Source: Methanocaldococcus sp. 28A
Lineage (GTDB): Archaea; AGJL01; Methanococci; Methanococcales; Methanocaldococcaceae
Length of the DNA: 64,000 nucleotides
NCBI GenBank assembly: GCA_049852185.1
Contig: CP187540.1
Reading direction: 5' to 3' (one strand)
Shown: in pieces, positions 35,763-48,500 of the stretch
Numbering within the stretch: position 1 is the stretch's first letter
Layout: every line of letters starts with the position of its first letter
The notes under the pieces: model-generated
Databases searched by the model: none
Seen by the model: the letters and a program-made list of their open reading frames with translations, nothing else
What the model was told of the DNA's origin: nothing
Made by a program: the position numbers and the translations under genes

Positions 35763-36670
35763 ATGAACAACATAAGATTGTTAGGTATAAAATCATTTAA
35801 CGAATTTATAAACGAAGTTTTGCGAATTAATCCAAGAATTTATCGAGTTGAGGATTATGCAAGAGGACTTATAGAGGCGATGTCGAATAATACATATTTA
35901 GAGACTATTAGCAAGCTAAATTATCCATCGGCAGACTCTTACTATCTGATATATAAATAAGGCAGACTATACTATGTTTAAAGAAGTTTATAAATCTTTT
36001 GGTTAAAAAGATAATTAACGAATTAAAAAAACTATAAAAAATTTTACCTATCGATAGATACGCATTTTGAGGGCTATTATGAAAAAAGATTGGATTTAAA
36101 TGCGATTTACAAATAAAAGAAATGAGGTTTCGTTGTTTATAGTTGTGAGCAAAACTATTTTAAATAAAAGAAGGCATTCAAATTATCCTTTTTAAAGTTT
36201 ATTTCATTTTGCACACAACTATAACCATGTAGGGGAGATATTATACACTTAGCTATTAAAGATTTAAAAATAAATCCATACGATATTATCTTCCTAACCG
36301 ATAGGGAGTTTAAAAATTTTGAAATAATAAAAATCTTTGAAACTATATGGCTGTAATTACATAAGTTTTATTCCGAAAGGTTAAATACTATCTTGAGAAT
36401 ACGAAAAAGGAGAAATTAGCTATTGTAGAGGACGAAATAATTACAAACAACGAAAGAGAAAAGATATATATTATACTTTTTTAACTAATATCGACTTCAA
36501 GAATCCAAAATCTTATATAAAAACGTATAAAAAACGATGTAACATAGAAACAAGGTTTAGATTGCTTAAAGATTCAGTTATAAAAACGAAATTAACATCT
36601 CTAAAAGTTAGGTTGTTACTTTTTATGCTTAGATGCGTTATTCATAACTTTTGGATTAAAATAAAATAAA
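35763..36670 (+). pseudogene. Degenerate ISH3/IS4-superfamily transposase
   Basis: Frameshifted fragments: YPSADS, TDREF, FLTNI...YKKRCNIETRFR..KTKLTSLKVRLLLF; many stops. Confidence 0.65.
36137..36224. repeat. MITE-like family B copy inside the ISH3 relic
   Basis: ttatagttgtgagcaaaa ... ttttgcacacaactataa. Confidence 0.8.
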
Positions 36671-36962
36671 AAAGAATGTATTTCTTTAAAATTCTTCATC
36701 GTCTAGTTAAATTTGATTATTCAATCATGTATGCGTAATACTCGGTTGTGTGTATCTAATGTATATTTATAAATACTGTTATATAAATTTTTATTTTATA
36801 TCTTATATTCAAATATTTAAATGAAATTAATAGATAACTTTTTAAACCAACTCAATATATGTTTTGAGTAAAAATTTAAGAATTAGAAATTATTGGATTT
36901 GTTATTTTAATTAATATCCTAAATTAAAAGTTAAGGATTACTAAAGAGTAGGAGGGATAAAA

Positions 36963-37616
36963 ATGAAATTCTTCTTAGACACTGCAAATGTTGAAGAAAT
37001 CAAAAAATACGCTGAGCTTGGCTTAGTTGATGGAGTCACAACAAACCCAACATTGGTTGCTAAAGAGGGAAGAGATTTCTATGAAGTTGTTAAAGAAATC
37101 TGTGAAATTGTTGACGGTCCTGTAAGTGCTGAGGTTATCTCAACAGATGCTGAAGGAATGGTTAAAGAAGCGAGAGAATTAGCAAAAATAGCTGATAATA
37201 TAGTTATAAAAATCCCAATGACAAAAGATGGAATGAAAGCAGTTAAAATATTATCAGCTGAAGGAATAAAAACAAATGTAACCTTAGTTTTCTCACCATT
37301 GCAAGCTTTATTAGCTGCTAAGGCAGGAGCTACTTATGTTTCCCCATTTGTTGGAAGATTGGATGACATTGGACATGTAGGGATGAAATTAATTGAAGAT
37401 GTTGTAAAAATATACAAAAACTATGACATTAAAACAGAAGTTATAGTAGCCTCAGTCAGACATCCATTGCATGTTTTAGAAGCTGCAAAAATAGGAGCAG
37501 ATATAGCAACAATTCCACCATCAGTTATGGATAAGCTCTTCAACCATCCATTAACAGATATTGGATTGGAGAGATTCTTAAAAGATTGGGATAATTATTT
37601 AAAAAGCAGAAAATAA
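36963..37616 (+). CDS. tal: Transaldolase / fructose-6-phosphate aldolase family
   Basis: [31 protein letters not shown]. Confidence 0.95.
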   Translation: MKFFLDTANVEEIKKYAELGLVDGVTTNPTLVAKEGRDFYEVVKEICEIVDGPVSAEVISTDAEGMVKEARELAKIADNIVIKIPMTKDGMKAVKILSAEGIKTNVTLVFSPLQALLAAKAGATYVSPFVGRLDDIGHVGMKLIEDVVKIYKNYDIKTEVIVASVRHPLHVLEAAKIGADIATIPPSVMDKLFNHPLTDIGLERFLKDWDNYLKSRK

Positions 37617-37666
37617 AGAATAAATACAAATCCTTCTCAAATAAATAATTTTTATGGAGGGAGATT

Positions 37667-38824
37667 ATGAAATTGGAAGCTACAAAAAAATTGTTGATGA
37701 TTCCAGGTCCTACAATAGTTCCACCAGAGGTTTTAAATGCTATGGCTTTACCAGTAATTGGGCATAGAACAAAAGATTACGGGGCTTTATTGGAAGATAC
37801 TGTAGAGAAATTAAAAAAGGTCTTTATTACTGAGAATGACACATTCTTAATTACTGGTTCAGGAACAGCAGCAATGGATATGGCAATATCAAACATAATA
37901 AAAAGAGGAGATAAGGTTTTAAACATAGTTACAGGAAACTTTGGAGAGAGATTTGCAAATATAGTTAAGGCATACAAAGGAGAGGCTATTAGATTAGATA
38001 TAGAATGGGGTGATATGGCTGAGCCAGAAGCCGTTAAAGAGATTTTAGATAAATACGATGATATTAAAGCAGTTACAGTTGTGCATAATGAAACTTCTAC
38101 TGGAGCAAGAAATCCAATAAAAGAGATTGGAGAGGTTGTTAAGGACTATGATGCTCTATACATTGTTGATACTGTCTCGTCATTAGGAGGAGATTATGTA
38201 AATGTTGATAAATTCCACATAGATATTTGTGTTACTGGTTCTCAAAAATGTTTAGCGGCTCCACCAGGATTATCGGCTATAACAGTCAGTGAAAAAGCAT
38301 GGGAAGTTATCAAAAAGAATGACGATAAAGTTGGCTTTTACTTGGATTTATTGGCTTATAAAAAATACTATGAAGAGAAAAAACAAACACCTTATACTCC
38401 TTCAATTAACTTAATCTATGCAATGAATGTTGCCTTAGATTTAGTTTTAGAGGAAGGTATTGAGAATAGAGTTAAAAGACATGAAAGATTGGCTAAAGCA
38501 ACAAGAGCTGGTTTAGAGGCTATGGGAATAGAATTGTTTGCTAAAGAAAGAGCAAGGTCAGTAACAGTTACATCAGCAAAATATCCAGAAGGAATTAAAG
38601 ATAGTGACTTTAGAGGAATATTAAGCAATAAATACAATATAGTTGTTGCTGGAGGTCAGAAACACTTGGCTGGAAAAATATTTAGAATTGGACACATGGG
38701 AATCTGTGGAGAGAAAGAAATTTTAGCAACATTAGCTTGTGTAGAATTAGCTTTAAAAGAGCTTGGATTTGAAGTTAAAGAGAGTGGAGTAGAAGTTGCT
38801 AAAGAAGTGTTATTAAAGAATTAA
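37667..38824 (+). CDS. serC: Class V PLP aminotransferase (MJ0959-like phosphoserine aminotransferase)
   Basis: [34 protein letters not shown]. Confidence 0.8.
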   Translation: MKLEATKKLLMIPGPTIVPPEVLNAMALPVIGHRTKDYGALLEDTVEKLKKVFITENDTFLITGSGTAAMDMAISNIIKRGDKVLNIVTGNFGERFANIVKAYKGEAIRLDIEWGDMAEPEAVKEILDKYDDIKAVTVVHNETSTGARNPIKEIGEVVKDYDALYIVDTVSSLGGDYVNVDKFHIDICVTGSQKCLAAPPGLSAITVSEKAWEVIKKNDDKVGFYLDLLAYKKYYEEKKQTPYTPSINLIYAMNVALDLVLEEGIENRVKRHERLAKATRAGLEAMGIELFAKERARSVTVTSAKYPEGIKDSDFRGILSNKYNIVVAGGQKHLAGKIFRIGHMGICGEKEILATLACVELALKELGFEVKESGVEVAKEVLLKN

Positions 38825-39930
38825 TTTATAATTTCCTCTAAAATTTTTAAAAATCTTTCAATTTCCTCAAAAGTTCCTATTGATACTCTCACATAGTTAT
38901 CTCCTAAACCATCAAATGATGAGCAATCTCTAACAATAACTCCTCTTTTTAATAGTTCTTCACAAAACTCCTTAGCTTTCATTGTTTTTAATTCAACCAA
39001 TACATAATTAGCTTCTGAAGGATAAACTTTAATGTCTTTAAATTTCTTCAGCCCATTATATAACATTTCTCTACTTTTAATTCCATCTCTAACACATCTT
39101 TCAAAGAACTCTATATCTCTTAATGCAGTTATAGCACAAACTTGGCTTAATCTTGTTAAGCTGAATATTGGCTTAACTCTCATCATGTAATTAATAATTT
39201 TTTTATTTGCTACACCATAACCAATTCTCATCCCTGCTAAACCAAAAACCTTTGAAAAGGTTCTTAAAACAATAACATTATCATATTCAAGGGCTTTTTG
39301 AGTCCAATCATACTCTTTTTTGGCATACTCAATATATGCATGGTCTATAACTACCAAAGCATCTGTTTCATTGATAATCTTCTCTATATCTTTATTTTCT
39401 ATTATATTTCCTGTGGGATTGTTTGGAGTGCATAAAAAAATAACCTTTGTTTTATTTGTTACATTATTGAGAACGCTTTCAATATCTAATTTAAAGTCCT
39501 TTTCTTTGTCATATTTTGCATATTTTATTTTAGCATTGTGAATTGTTGCTGAAACTCTATATTGAGTGAAAGTTGGAATTGGGATTATAACCTCATCACC
39601 ATTATCAACAAACGTTCTAAATATCGTATCTATAATCTCATCAGCTCCATCACCACCAACAATAATATTTTCTTTACTAACATTCAAAAATTTGCTTAAC
39701 TCTTCCATTAAAACTGGATTTACTGGCTCTGGATATTGATGTATATTTGTAAGTTCTTTTAATATTTCTTCTTTTATTTTTGGTGATGCTCCCCAAGGAT
39801 TTTCATTAGAACCAAGTTTTATAATATCTTCTGGTTTTATTCCATAATCTCTTGCTATCTCTTCCTTTGATTTTCCTGGAACATAGGGCTTTAATTTTTT
39901 AACTACATCTCTTACTTTATTTTCTATCAT
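38821..39930 (-). CDS. hisC: Histidinol-phosphate aminotransferase
   Basis: [38 protein letters not shown]. Confidence 0.93.
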   Translation of the reverse strand: MIENKVRDVVKKLKPYVPGKSKEEIARDYGIKPEDIIKLGSNENPWGASPKIKEEILKELTNIHQYPEPVNPVLMEELSKFLNVSKENIIVGGDGADEIIDTIFRTFVDNGDEVIIPIPTFTQYRVSATIHNAKIKYAKYDKEKDFKLDIESVLNNVTNKTKVIFLCTPNNPTGNIIENKDIEKIINETDALVVIDHAYIEYAKKEYDWTQKALEYDNVIVLRTFSKVFGLAGMRIGYGVANKKIINYMMRVKPIFSLTRLSQVCAITALRDIEFFERCVRDGIKSREMLYNGLKKFKDIKVYPSEANYVLVELKTMKAKEFCEELLKRGVIVRDCSSFDGLGDNYVRVSIGTFEEIERFLKILEEIIN

Positions 39931-39964
39931 AATATATCACCTAAAATTTTTAACCAAAAATATT

Positions 39965-40066
39965 TTAATAGGACTTTCGCACTTTATATATGTAGTTAAT
40001 GAGCTTTTACACCTTTAGGTGTGTCTATATTCAATAAAAAATCCATTCCTGCGAAAGTCCTATTAA
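39965..40066. repeat. MITE-like family A copy
   Basis: Perfect ttaataggactttcgca / tgcgaaagtcctattaa; central acacctttaggtgt. Confidence 0.9.
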
Positions 40067-40133
40067 TAATGACATTTTATAATAATCACTCATAACTTAA
40101 TCAATTCTATAAAAGTTTAAGGAGGGGAAATTA

Positions 40134-41432
40134 ATGAAAAAACTCCTTTTATTATCTATATTGTTATTTATAAGTGTTAGCTATGCTTTGCCAATAGAGC
40201 CAGTAATCTTTGTAAATAAAAGCACAGTTGATTATCAAAATGCTAAAGTTTTGATGGATAACTTATATTCCTCAAGAGAAATAAATGTTAATGGAAATAA
40301 TATAACAATTATTATTAACGATATTACGTATATTCCAGCAACTGATGAGCTTGAAATTGAGGATAATAACAAAAAACTCAATATAAAATTTATCAGAGAT
40401 AATAATGGAATAAAATATGAGGATATTAAGTGTATTGAGTATTTAAACCTTGAAAAGGGAAAAGAAATAAGTTTATTCAACAGAAACTACATAGTTGATT
40501 ATGTAACATCAGATTGTGTGATATTAAAAGAAAAATATGGAAAGGAAATAACAACAAATGAATCATTTGAATATAACGAGTATAAAATAATTCCTAAACT
40601 TTTGTCTTTAGATTTAAAAAGTGTTACTATTGACATATATAAAAATGGGAAAATTATTAAAACGGATGTCAAATTGATTAGGGATGAGTTTAAAATAATA
40701 GATAATTTGGGAATTATATATAAGAATTGTATAAAGAAAGGAAACGTATATTATTTAACTTTTGAAGTATATTCAACAATAGAAATTAAAAAAGGCAAGG
40801 AATATCCATTAGATAAAAATTTTATAGTTAGAGATATAGATGATAATAAAATAGAATTAATATACAAAAATATAAATAATCTTAGAAATAATATCTCAAT
40901 ATTAAACTACCTAATAATTCCAAAAAAAGATTACAAAGATTATGTTTTGTTTAAAGTAATAAAAAGAGATTGTAAAACTTTTAATATTGATAACAAAACC
41001 GTTTTATATTTAGGCGAAGGATTTTATGCTATAAAAACAAACAATACAGTTCATGTTTATTATAAAGGAAAAGAGTTAGAAAATCATGAAAAGATTTACA
41101 TTAGCTCATTAGATATGATAGACGTTAATCCATTAAATATTAATAAGGATATAATTCTCATTGGAGGTCCTAAAGTTAATAAATTTGTTAAAGAACTTGA
41201 AGATAAAGCTTTACTAAGGATAAATATAACTGATAATTATCCTGGAAATAATATAGGTATTATACAAAAAATAAAAAATCCTTACAATAATAATAACATC
41301 TATATTTTAGCTGGTTCAAATAGATATGGAACAAAAGCAGCAATATTAGCATTTTTAACAATATATAACAATGAAAGTATAATGAAAGTTAAATTAGATA
41401 ACGGACATATAAAAGTTTTAGAGAAAGAATAA
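40134..41432 (+). CDS. Secreted S-layer-like protein
   Basis: Signal peptide; C-terminal ILIGGPKVN...ILAGSNRYGTKAA S-layer motif. Confidence 0.75.
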   Translation: MKKLLLLSILLFISVSYALPIEPVIFVNKSTVDYQNAKVLMDNLYSSREINVNGNNITIIINDITYIPATDELEIEDNNKKLNIKFIRDNNGIKYEDIKCIEYLNLEKGKEISLFNRNYIVDYVTSDCVILKEKYGKEITTNESFEYNEYKIIPKLLSLDLKSVTIDIYKNGKIIKTDVKLIRDEFKIIDNLGIIYKNCIKKGNVYYLTFEVYSTIEIKKGKEYPLDKNFIVRDIDDNKIELIYKNINNLRNNISILNYLIIPKKDYKDYVLFKVIKRDCKTFNIDNKTVLYLGEGFYAIKTNNTVHVYYKGKELENHEKIYISSLDMIDVNPLNINKDIILIGGPKVNKFVKELEDKALLRINITDNYPGNNIGIIQKIKNPYNNNNIYILAGSNRYGTKAAILAFLTIYNNESIMKVKLDNGHIKVLEKE

Positions 41433-41433
41433 T

Positions 41434-41736
41434 TTAATCAAAAATTTTTTTAATGTATGGCTCAAATGGAACAATGTCTTCCCTACTTCTTGGGCTTATT
41501 ATAGCTACTTTCAATTTTCTCTCTTCTGGAATTAAGTCAATAACTAAAGTTCCTGGAGTAGCAGTTATAGACCAAGATAGCAAAATTAAACCAGTAGGGT
41601 TATTAATAATTGACTCCATTTCTATAACTTGGGGCTTTATTTCCCCATTTATGCTTCTTTTAACAACATCAATCCAGGACTCACATATAGCTTTAATTAA
41701 AACGGCTAAGTAGCCTATAACACCTAACAGTTTCAT
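41434..41736 (-). CDS. MnhE-like monovalent cation/H+ antiporter (energy-converting hydrogenase-type) subunit
   Basis: [23 protein letters not shown]. Confidence 0.8.
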   Translation of the reverse strand: MKLLGVIGYLAVLIKAICESWIDVVKRSINGEIKPQVIEMESIINNPTGLILLSWSITATPGTLVIDLIPEERKLKVAIISPRSREDIVPFEPYIKKIFD

Positions 41737-41787
41737 AAACACTACCTCAATAAAAGGTCTTATCAATAAATTTATTAAAGCATTAGA

Positions 41788-41885
41788 TATATAGGACTTT
41801 CGCAGGGGTAGATATATTTATTGAACCTACACACCTAAAGGTGTCTAAATTCCAAAATTTAATATATACTGCGAAGTCCTATATA
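41788..41885. repeat. MITE-like family A copy
   Basis: tatataggactttcgca ... tgcgaagtcctatata; central acacctaaaggtgt. Confidence 0.85.
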
Positions 41886-41921
41886 TATCAGTTATGCTAT
41901 AATGCTTATTGAGGTGGAAAT

Positions 41922-42341
41922 ATGAATGAAGAGTTAAAACAAAAAGCGATGGCTTTGGAAATATACAATCAACAATTACAAATGATTCAAAGTGAATTAG
42001 TATCAATAAGAACATTAAAATCTGAAATAATGAAATCAATTGAAACAATTGAAAATATAAAAGCAGATGAAGAGACATTAATTCCAGTAGGTCCAGGAGT
42101 CTTTTTAAAGGCAAAAATTGTTGATGATAAGGCTTTAATTGGCGTTAAGTCAGATATTTATGTTGAAAAATCATTTAGTGAAATCGTTGAAGATTTAAAA
42201 AAATCTATTGAAGATTTAGATAAAGCTGAAAAAGAAGGAATGAAGAAAGCTGAAGAATTAGCTAAAGTAATAGCTGCTTTAAGAAAAGAGTTGCAGGTAG
42301 AATTACAGAAAGCTCAACAAGCTCAAGAGAAAAAACAATAA
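41922..42341 (+). CDS. pfdA: Prefoldin alpha subunit
   Basis: Coiled coils flanking LIPVGPGVFLKA...IGV..DIYVEK. Confidence 0.93.
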   Translation: MNEELKQKAMALEIYNQQLQMIQSELVSIRTLKSEIMKSIETIENIKADEETLIPVGPGVFLKAKIVDDKALIGVKSDIYVEKSFSEIVEDLKKSIEDLDKAEKEGMKKAEELAKVIAALRKELQVELQKAQQAQEKKQ

Positions 42342-42382
42342 AAAATTAAAAATTGTTTATTTTCTTTTTTATTTTATTTTAA

Positions 42383-42447
42383 TAGGACTTTCGCAGGAGT
42401 AGATATATTTATTGAACTGTTTTAATATATAAACTGCGAAACTCCTA
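42383..42447. repeat. Internally deleted MITE-like family A copy
   Basis: taggactttcgca ... tgcgaaactccta; central hairpin missing. Confidence 0.75.
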
Positions 42448-42511
42448 CAGAAACTAAATGTAATTCCAATATTTGAATTAATGAATATATATGTCTAAAA
42501 TAAAAAAATAG

Positions 42512-42585
42512 TGGGCCCAGCCGGATTCGAACCGGCGACCTTCGCCTTGTAAGGGCGACGTCATAGCCAGCTAGACCATGGGCCC
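42512..42585 (-). tRNA. tRNA-Val(TAC), no intron, CCA not encoded
   Basis: Minus strand GGGCCCATGGTCTAGCTGGCTATGACGTCGCCCTTACAAGGCGAAGGTCGCCGGTTCGAATCCGGCTGGGCCCA folds as a cloverleaf with anticodon TAC. Confidence 0.97.
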
Positions 42586-42643
42586 TCAGCATCAATAACA
42601 ATTCACTTTCTAATATATAAAGTTTATGTTTATTGGTGAAATT

Positions 42644-43708
42644 ATGGATTTAAATTTAAAAAATTTTTTGAAAGATAGGGAGGAGATAATTAGAGATGCT
42701 AAAAGAAAAGATGAAAAATCTTTCAAAGATTTTAAAAAATTAGTTGAAGAGATAAAAGAAAAAGAAAATAAAGATAAAATCGTCTGTGATTTTACCGAAT
42801 ACAACCCTTTACATAAAGGGCATAAATATGCATTAGAGAAAGGAAAGGAACATGGAATTTTTATTAGTGTTTTACCCGGCCCCTTAGAAAGGAGTGGGAG
42901 AGGCATTCCTTATTTCTTAAATAGATATATAAGGGCAGAGATGGCAATAAAAGCAGGAGCAGATATTGTTGTTGAAGGGCCTCCAATGGGAATTATGGGC
43001 TCTGGGCAGTATATGAGATGTCTAATAAAGATGTTTTATAGCTTAGGAGCTGAGGTAATACCAAGGGGTTATATTCCAGAAAAAACCATGGAAAAGGTTA
43101 TAGATTGTATAAATAAGGGCTATCATATACAAGTTAAGCCATACAAAATTTGCTGTATAGAGACAGGAGAGATTTTAGGAGAAAAATTGAATATAGATAA
43201 TTATGTTATTGCTTCAATGTCTCAGATGATATATAAATTGAATAAAGAAGGTTTAAATTTTCATCCAAAATTTGTTTTTGTAAAGAGATTAGAGGGAATA
43301 AGTGGAACTAAAATTAGAGAGGCAATATTTAGCAGGAAATTTGAAGATATTAAGAATATGCTTCCAGAAACTACCTTAGAAATTTTAAAAGAGCTCTATA
43401 ATAGTGGAAAACTCAGTGAATTGATATTAAAGAGGTTTGAAGATAGAATCTTAGAAACAGCCAACGAGTATGATTTGTATGAATATTTACCAAATAATGT
43501 AGCTGAAATATTGGAAAGAAGAAGACCATTTAATAATGCTGAGGAGATAAAAAACTCTCTACCTTATGGATTCTCAAGGCATTTTAAGGAAAGAATTTTA
43601 TCTAAATTGGAAGCAAGGATTCCTAATGAAGTTTTATCAAAATATATAAATAACTATCCTGCAAAGATAAAGATATTGGCAGTTAGAAATGATATTAAAG
43701 AAGATTAA
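42644..43708 (+). CDS. HIGH-motif nucleotidyltransferase, UPF0348/TmcAL-like
   Basis: TEYNPLHKGH, RAEMAIKAGADIVVE, ISGTKIRE. Confidence 0.8.
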   Translation: MDLNLKNFLKDREEIIRDAKRKDEKSFKDFKKLVEEIKEKENKDKIVCDFTEYNPLHKGHKYALEKGKEHGIFISVLPGPLERSGRGIPYFLNRYIRAEMAIKAGADIVVEGPPMGIMGSGQYMRCLIKMFYSLGAEVIPRGYIPEKTMEKVIDCINKGYHIQVKPYKICCIETGEILGEKLNIDNYVIASMSQMIYKLNKEGLNFHPKFVFVKRLEGISGTKIREAIFSRKFEDIKNMLPETTLEILKELYNSGKLSELILKRFEDRILETANEYDLYEYLPNNVAEILERRRPFNNAEEIKNSLPYGFSRHFKERILSKLEARIPNEVLSKYINNYPAKIKILAVRNDIKED

Positions 43709-43721
43709 ATTTGGGGAGAAA

Positions 43722-44402
43722 ATGCAAAAACAGAGGTTTTGCTTAGATACAAGTGCTTTTACTGAACCGTCAGTTAGGAAAGCATTAGGAGTTAAAACAG
43801 TTACTGAACTAACAGATAAAGTCATGGATTTGATAGCAGAGGCGAGAATAAAGTTAAATATTTCTTGTCACATTCCTTATCCAACTGTATATAATGAATT
43901 AATGGGATTTTTAGAGAATGAGAATTGTCCAAAAGATGTTATAGTTAAAGTAGATACATGGCTTGTTAAAAAAACTCCAAATAGATATGAGATAAAAATT
44001 CCCTCAGAGATTTTTTATGAATATGTTAAAGATTTAAGGGAGAGGATAAATAAAGGAATGAGAATTGGAGAAGAACATATAATAAGAACATCAGATATGG
44101 TTTATGAGTTGTCAAAAAAACATCCAGAGATGAATAAAAATGAAATTATAAATAAAGTCCTATCAAAAACAATAAATACCTTTAGAAATAAATATAGAAG
44201 TGCTTTAAGAGTGGGAACCTTAGATAGTGCCCCTGACTTAGATGTTTTACTTTTAGCTAAAGAGTTAGATGCTGCAGTAGTGGCAAGTGATGGAGGCATT
44301 GAAAAATGGGCTCAAAGATTGGGGTTGAGATTTGTAAATGCTGTAGATTTTCCATTTATGCTTGAAGAATACTTAAGACATAACGAAAGGCATAGGAGAT
44401 AA
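43722..44402 (+). CDS. RNA-free RNase P (HARP, PIN domain)
   Basis: RFCLDTSAFT, RINKGMRIGE, KYRSALRVGTLDSAPDLDVLLLAKEL. Confidence 0.9.
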   Translation: MQKQRFCLDTSAFTEPSVRKALGVKTVTELTDKVMDLIAEARIKLNISCHIPYPTVYNELMGFLENENCPKDVIVKVDTWLVKKTPNRYEIKIPSEIFYEYVKDLRERINKGMRIGEEHIIRTSDMVYELSKKHPEMNKNEIINKVLSKTINTFRNKYRSALRVGTLDSAPDLDVLLLAKELDAAVVASDGGIEKWAQRLGLRFVNAVDFPFMLEEYLRHNERHRR

Positions 44403-44485
44403 AATATTTTTCATTAATTATTTAGAAATAATAGAAATAATTAAATTAATTTAATAACATTTAAAAACACGTATTAGGGATAGTT

Positions 44486-44854
44486 ATGACAATATTGTTG
44501 GTTAGAGGAGATAGTTATGAAAAATTAAAGAATGCCTTAGCAGATGTTGATAGGCATGCAGAGCTAACAATTATTGGAAAGCCAAAGATTATTGTTCCAG
44601 AAGCGGCTGATGAGATATTAGGAGCCATATTGGGAGAAGTAAAAAAGCCTTGTAAAACTGCATGTGTGGCAAAAATTGCTGAAAAAGCTCCAAAGGCTAT
44701 AGATAGAATTAGAAAAATTCATCCTCCAGCCCATATTGTAGTGATTAGTGAGAGATACGGGGATATTTATTATAAACTGTTAGATGATTTTCCAAAGCTT
44801 CCAGTGTTAAAGGGATATTATAAATCAAAGAAGAAGAAAAATAAATATAAATAA
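44486..44854 (+). CDS. DUF356-like conserved archaeal protein
   Basis: ALADVDRHAELTIIGKPK, RKIHPPAHIVVIS. Confidence 0.75.
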   Translation: MTILLVRGDSYEKLKNALADVDRHAELTIIGKPKIIVPEAADEILGAILGEVKKPCKTACVAKIAEKAPKAIDRIRKIHPPAHIVVISERYGDIYYKLLDDFPKLPVLKGYYKSKKKKNKYK

Positions 44855-44902
44855 CTATTTTAAAATTTATTTTTAATTGTATATTTATTATAGGGTGATT
44901 TT

Positions 44903-45433
44903 ATGAATCAAAATAAATATCCAACATTGGTAGAGATAAAAAATAATAAAAAAGAGTTGATAGAAAAAGGAGAAGATATGCTCAGAGAATTAAATGATGT
45001 TAGAATAACGTTAGAAAAAATGAGAAAAAATGAAGAAAATAATTTAGATGTAATTACCAAACTTGAGGAAAAAGAAGGTTATTTATCTACTGAACTTTTA
45101 AAATTAGACTTAGGTATAAAGATATTAGATGTAATAGAGAGTATTATTGAAAATAATATATTTGGAGATTATTGGAAAATAATAGAAAAAAAAATACCTT
45201 ATGATAAATTATTAGAAATCGTTGCAAAAAATGGTTTAAATATAAAAAAGGTTTGTCTAGAATTGTATAAAATTGCAAATATTGATGACCAAAATATTGT
45301 AAATAAAATTCAAAATTTGCCAGACGAGGAATGTCAAAACATTTATGAAAACCCTCAGCTCAATAAATATTTAGATAAAATAATTTCAAGAATTAAAAAA
45401 TTAAAGAAACTTACAAACAATAACATAATATAA
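44903..45433 (+). CDS. Hypothetical coiled-coil protein
   Basis: 176-aa ORF with GGGTGA RBS. Confidence 0.7.
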   Translation: MNQNKYPTLVEIKNNKKELIEKGEDMLRELNDVRITLEKMRKNEENNLDVITKLEEKEGYLSTELLKLDLGIKILDVIESIIENNIFGDYWKIIEKKIPYDKLLEIVAKNGLNIKKVCLELYKIANIDDQNIVNKIQNLPDEECQNIYENPQLNKYLDKIISRIKKLKKLTNNNII

Positions 45434-45581
45434 TTCTTTAGTTAAACTTCTTTTTATAAATAGATTGAATAAATTTTAACTGTAAGTTATTTTATGCTAA
45501 ATTTTTGTTAAGAGTTTTATAAATTAACGAATTTAATAAATCTTTAAAAAAATAAAAATTATGAAACTAAGGGTGGGTATT

Positions 45582-48500
45582 ATGAAAAGAGTAGAATCTG
45601 TTAATTTTAGAGAGTTGGATAAAGAGATAAAAAAATTTTGGGAAGAGAATGATATATATCAAAAAGTAAAGAAAAAAAATGAAGAAAATGAAGAATTTTA
45701 TTTTGTTGATGGTCCTCCTTACTGTTCTGGAGCCATACACCTTGGGACAGCTTGGAATAAGATAATTAAGGACACTTATTTGAGATTTAAGAGAATGCAA
45801 GGTTATAATGTTTTAGATAAAGCTGGATGGGACATGCATGGCTTACCAATAGAGGTTAAAGTTGAAAATGAGTTTGGAATAAAAAACAAGAAAGAGATAG
45901 AAACAAAAATTGGTGTAGAACAATTTATTGAAAAATGTAAAGAATTCGCCTTAAAACACAAAGAAATTATGGAAAATCAGTTTAAAAACTTAGGAGTTTG
46001 GTTAGATTGGGAAAATGCATACATGCCAATAAATATGGAGTATATGGAAATAGGTTGGTGGACATTAAAAGTTGCTCATGAGAAAGGATTATTAACAAGA
46101 GATTTGAGGGTTGTTTATTGGTGTCCAAGATGTGAAACAGCTTTAGCTGAACATGAAGTTAGAGGGGAGTATAAAGAAGTTTACGACCCATCAGTTTATG
46201 TAAAATTTAAATTAGTAAATGAAGAAAACACCTATGTTGTAATTTGGACAACAACACCATGGACTTTAATAGCTAACTTAGCTGTAGCTGTTCATCCAAA
46301 CTATGATTACGCTTATGTAGAAGTTGAACTTGATGACAAAAAAGAAGTTTGGATTATTGCTGAAAAGTTAGTTGAGGAAGTTATAAACAAAGCTAAGAAA
46401 GTTAATAACATCAAAAACTACAAAATAATTAAAAAGGTTAAAGGAAAAGAATTAGAAGGAATAAAATATATTCATCCATTATTGGATGAGAATGAGAAGC
46501 AAAAAGAATTTGCAAAATTAGAAAATGCTCATACTATAGTATTAGGGGAGCATGTAACCTTAGAGGGAGGAACTGGTTTAGTTCACACAGCTCCTGGACA
46601 TGGAGAAGAGGACTTCGAAGTTGGTAAAAAATACAATCTGCCTATATATTCACCAATAGATGATGAAGGTAAATACATAGAAGGAAAATGGAAAGGCGTT
46701 TTTGTTAAAGATGCAGATAATAGTATAATAGAAACCCTAAAAGATAAAGGATTGTTAGTTTATGTTGGAAAAATAAAACACAGTTATCCACACTGTTGGA
46801 GATGTAAAACACCTCTCTTGTTTAGAGCTACTGAGCAGTGGTTCTTAGAGATATCAAAGATTAAAGATAATATTATAGAGCATGCAAAAACAGTTAGTTG
46901 GATACCTCACTGGGTTGAGACAAGATATATAAATGGAGTTAAGTTTGTTGGAGATTGGAATATAAGCAGGCAAAGGTATTGGGGAATCCCTCTCCCTGTC
47001 TGGGTTTGTGAAAAGTGTGGAAAATATATAGTTGTGGGAAGTGTTGAAGAACTAAAGGAGAGAATGATAAATAAAGATGAAGTTGGAGAGATTAAAGATT
47101 TACATAAACCAACAGTTGATAAAATAAAATTGAGATGTGAATGTGGAGGAATAATGGAGAGAGTTCCAGATGTCTTAGATGTTTGGTTTGACTCTGGTTT
47201 AGCACCTTATGCTTCAATTGGTTCAAAAACTTTAAAAAAAGCTGACTTTATAACAGAAGGGCATGACCAAGTTACTAAGTGGTTTTATTCACAACATGCA
47301 CTTTCAGCTATTGTATTCAATGACATTCCATACAAAAAATGTTTAATGCATGGCTTTACTTTAGATGAGCATGGAGACAAGATGAGTAAGAGTTTAGGAA
47401 ATATAGTTAATCCAGATGATGTCGTTGAAAAATATGGGGCTGATTTATTAAGATTTTATCTTTTAAGTGCAAACAAGGTTTGGGAGGATTTAAGGTTTGT
47501 ATGGAGTGAAATAGATGATGTTTTAAGCTTATTCAACACTCTATGGAACGCTTACATGTTTGCTGTAAATTACATGGTGTTAGATAACTTTAAACCAGAT
47601 GAAAAATACTTTGAATATTTAAAAGATGAAGATAGATGGATTTTAAGTAGAGTAAATACTGTTGCCAAAATAGCAATTGAAAACCTTGATATTCCATATT
47701 TCCACACATACACATGGACATTAAAAGATTTCATATTAAATGACTTAAGTAGATGGTATATTAGATTGATTAGAGACAGAACCTGGAAAGAAAAAGATGA
47801 TGCTGATAAATTAGCGGCGTATCAAACACTCTACTATGTCTTATTAAAGTTGGCTATAATAATGGCTCCAGTATCTCCTCACGTAGCTGAGGCAATATAT
47901 CAAAACTTAAAGACAGAAAATATGGAAGAAAGTATATTTATGAATAAAATAGAAGTTGATGAAAAGTTTATTGATGAGGAGTTAGAGAGAGATATGGCAA
48001 TAGTTAGAGATATAGTTGATGCAATCTACAGAGGAAGAGATAAAATAAAATACACCTTAAGATATCCATTAAAAGAAATAACTATTGCTGGTGGGGAAGA
48101 GGTTAAAAAAGCTGTAGAAAGATTTGAATACATAATAAAAGAGCAGGGTAATGTCAAAAATATCAAATTTGGAGAAGTTGAAGGTAGCAAATACGTAATA
48201 AAACCAAACTACAGAGAATTAGGTAAAAGATATAGAAGTGAAGTACCAAAGGTTGTTGAAGCATTGAATAAAGCAGATGCTAAGGAGTTAATGGAAAAAT
48301 TGAAAGATGGAGCAATAATATTGGATGGATATGAGATTAAGCCAGAGTATGTTGAAATTAGGTTAGAGATTCCTGAGCATATTGCTGGAGTAGAATTTTC
48401 AAAGGGAACTGTCTTTATAAATACTGAAATTACTGATGATTTAATAAGAGAAGGGTTAATGAGAGAAGTTATAAGAAGAATTCAAGCGATGAGAAAAGAT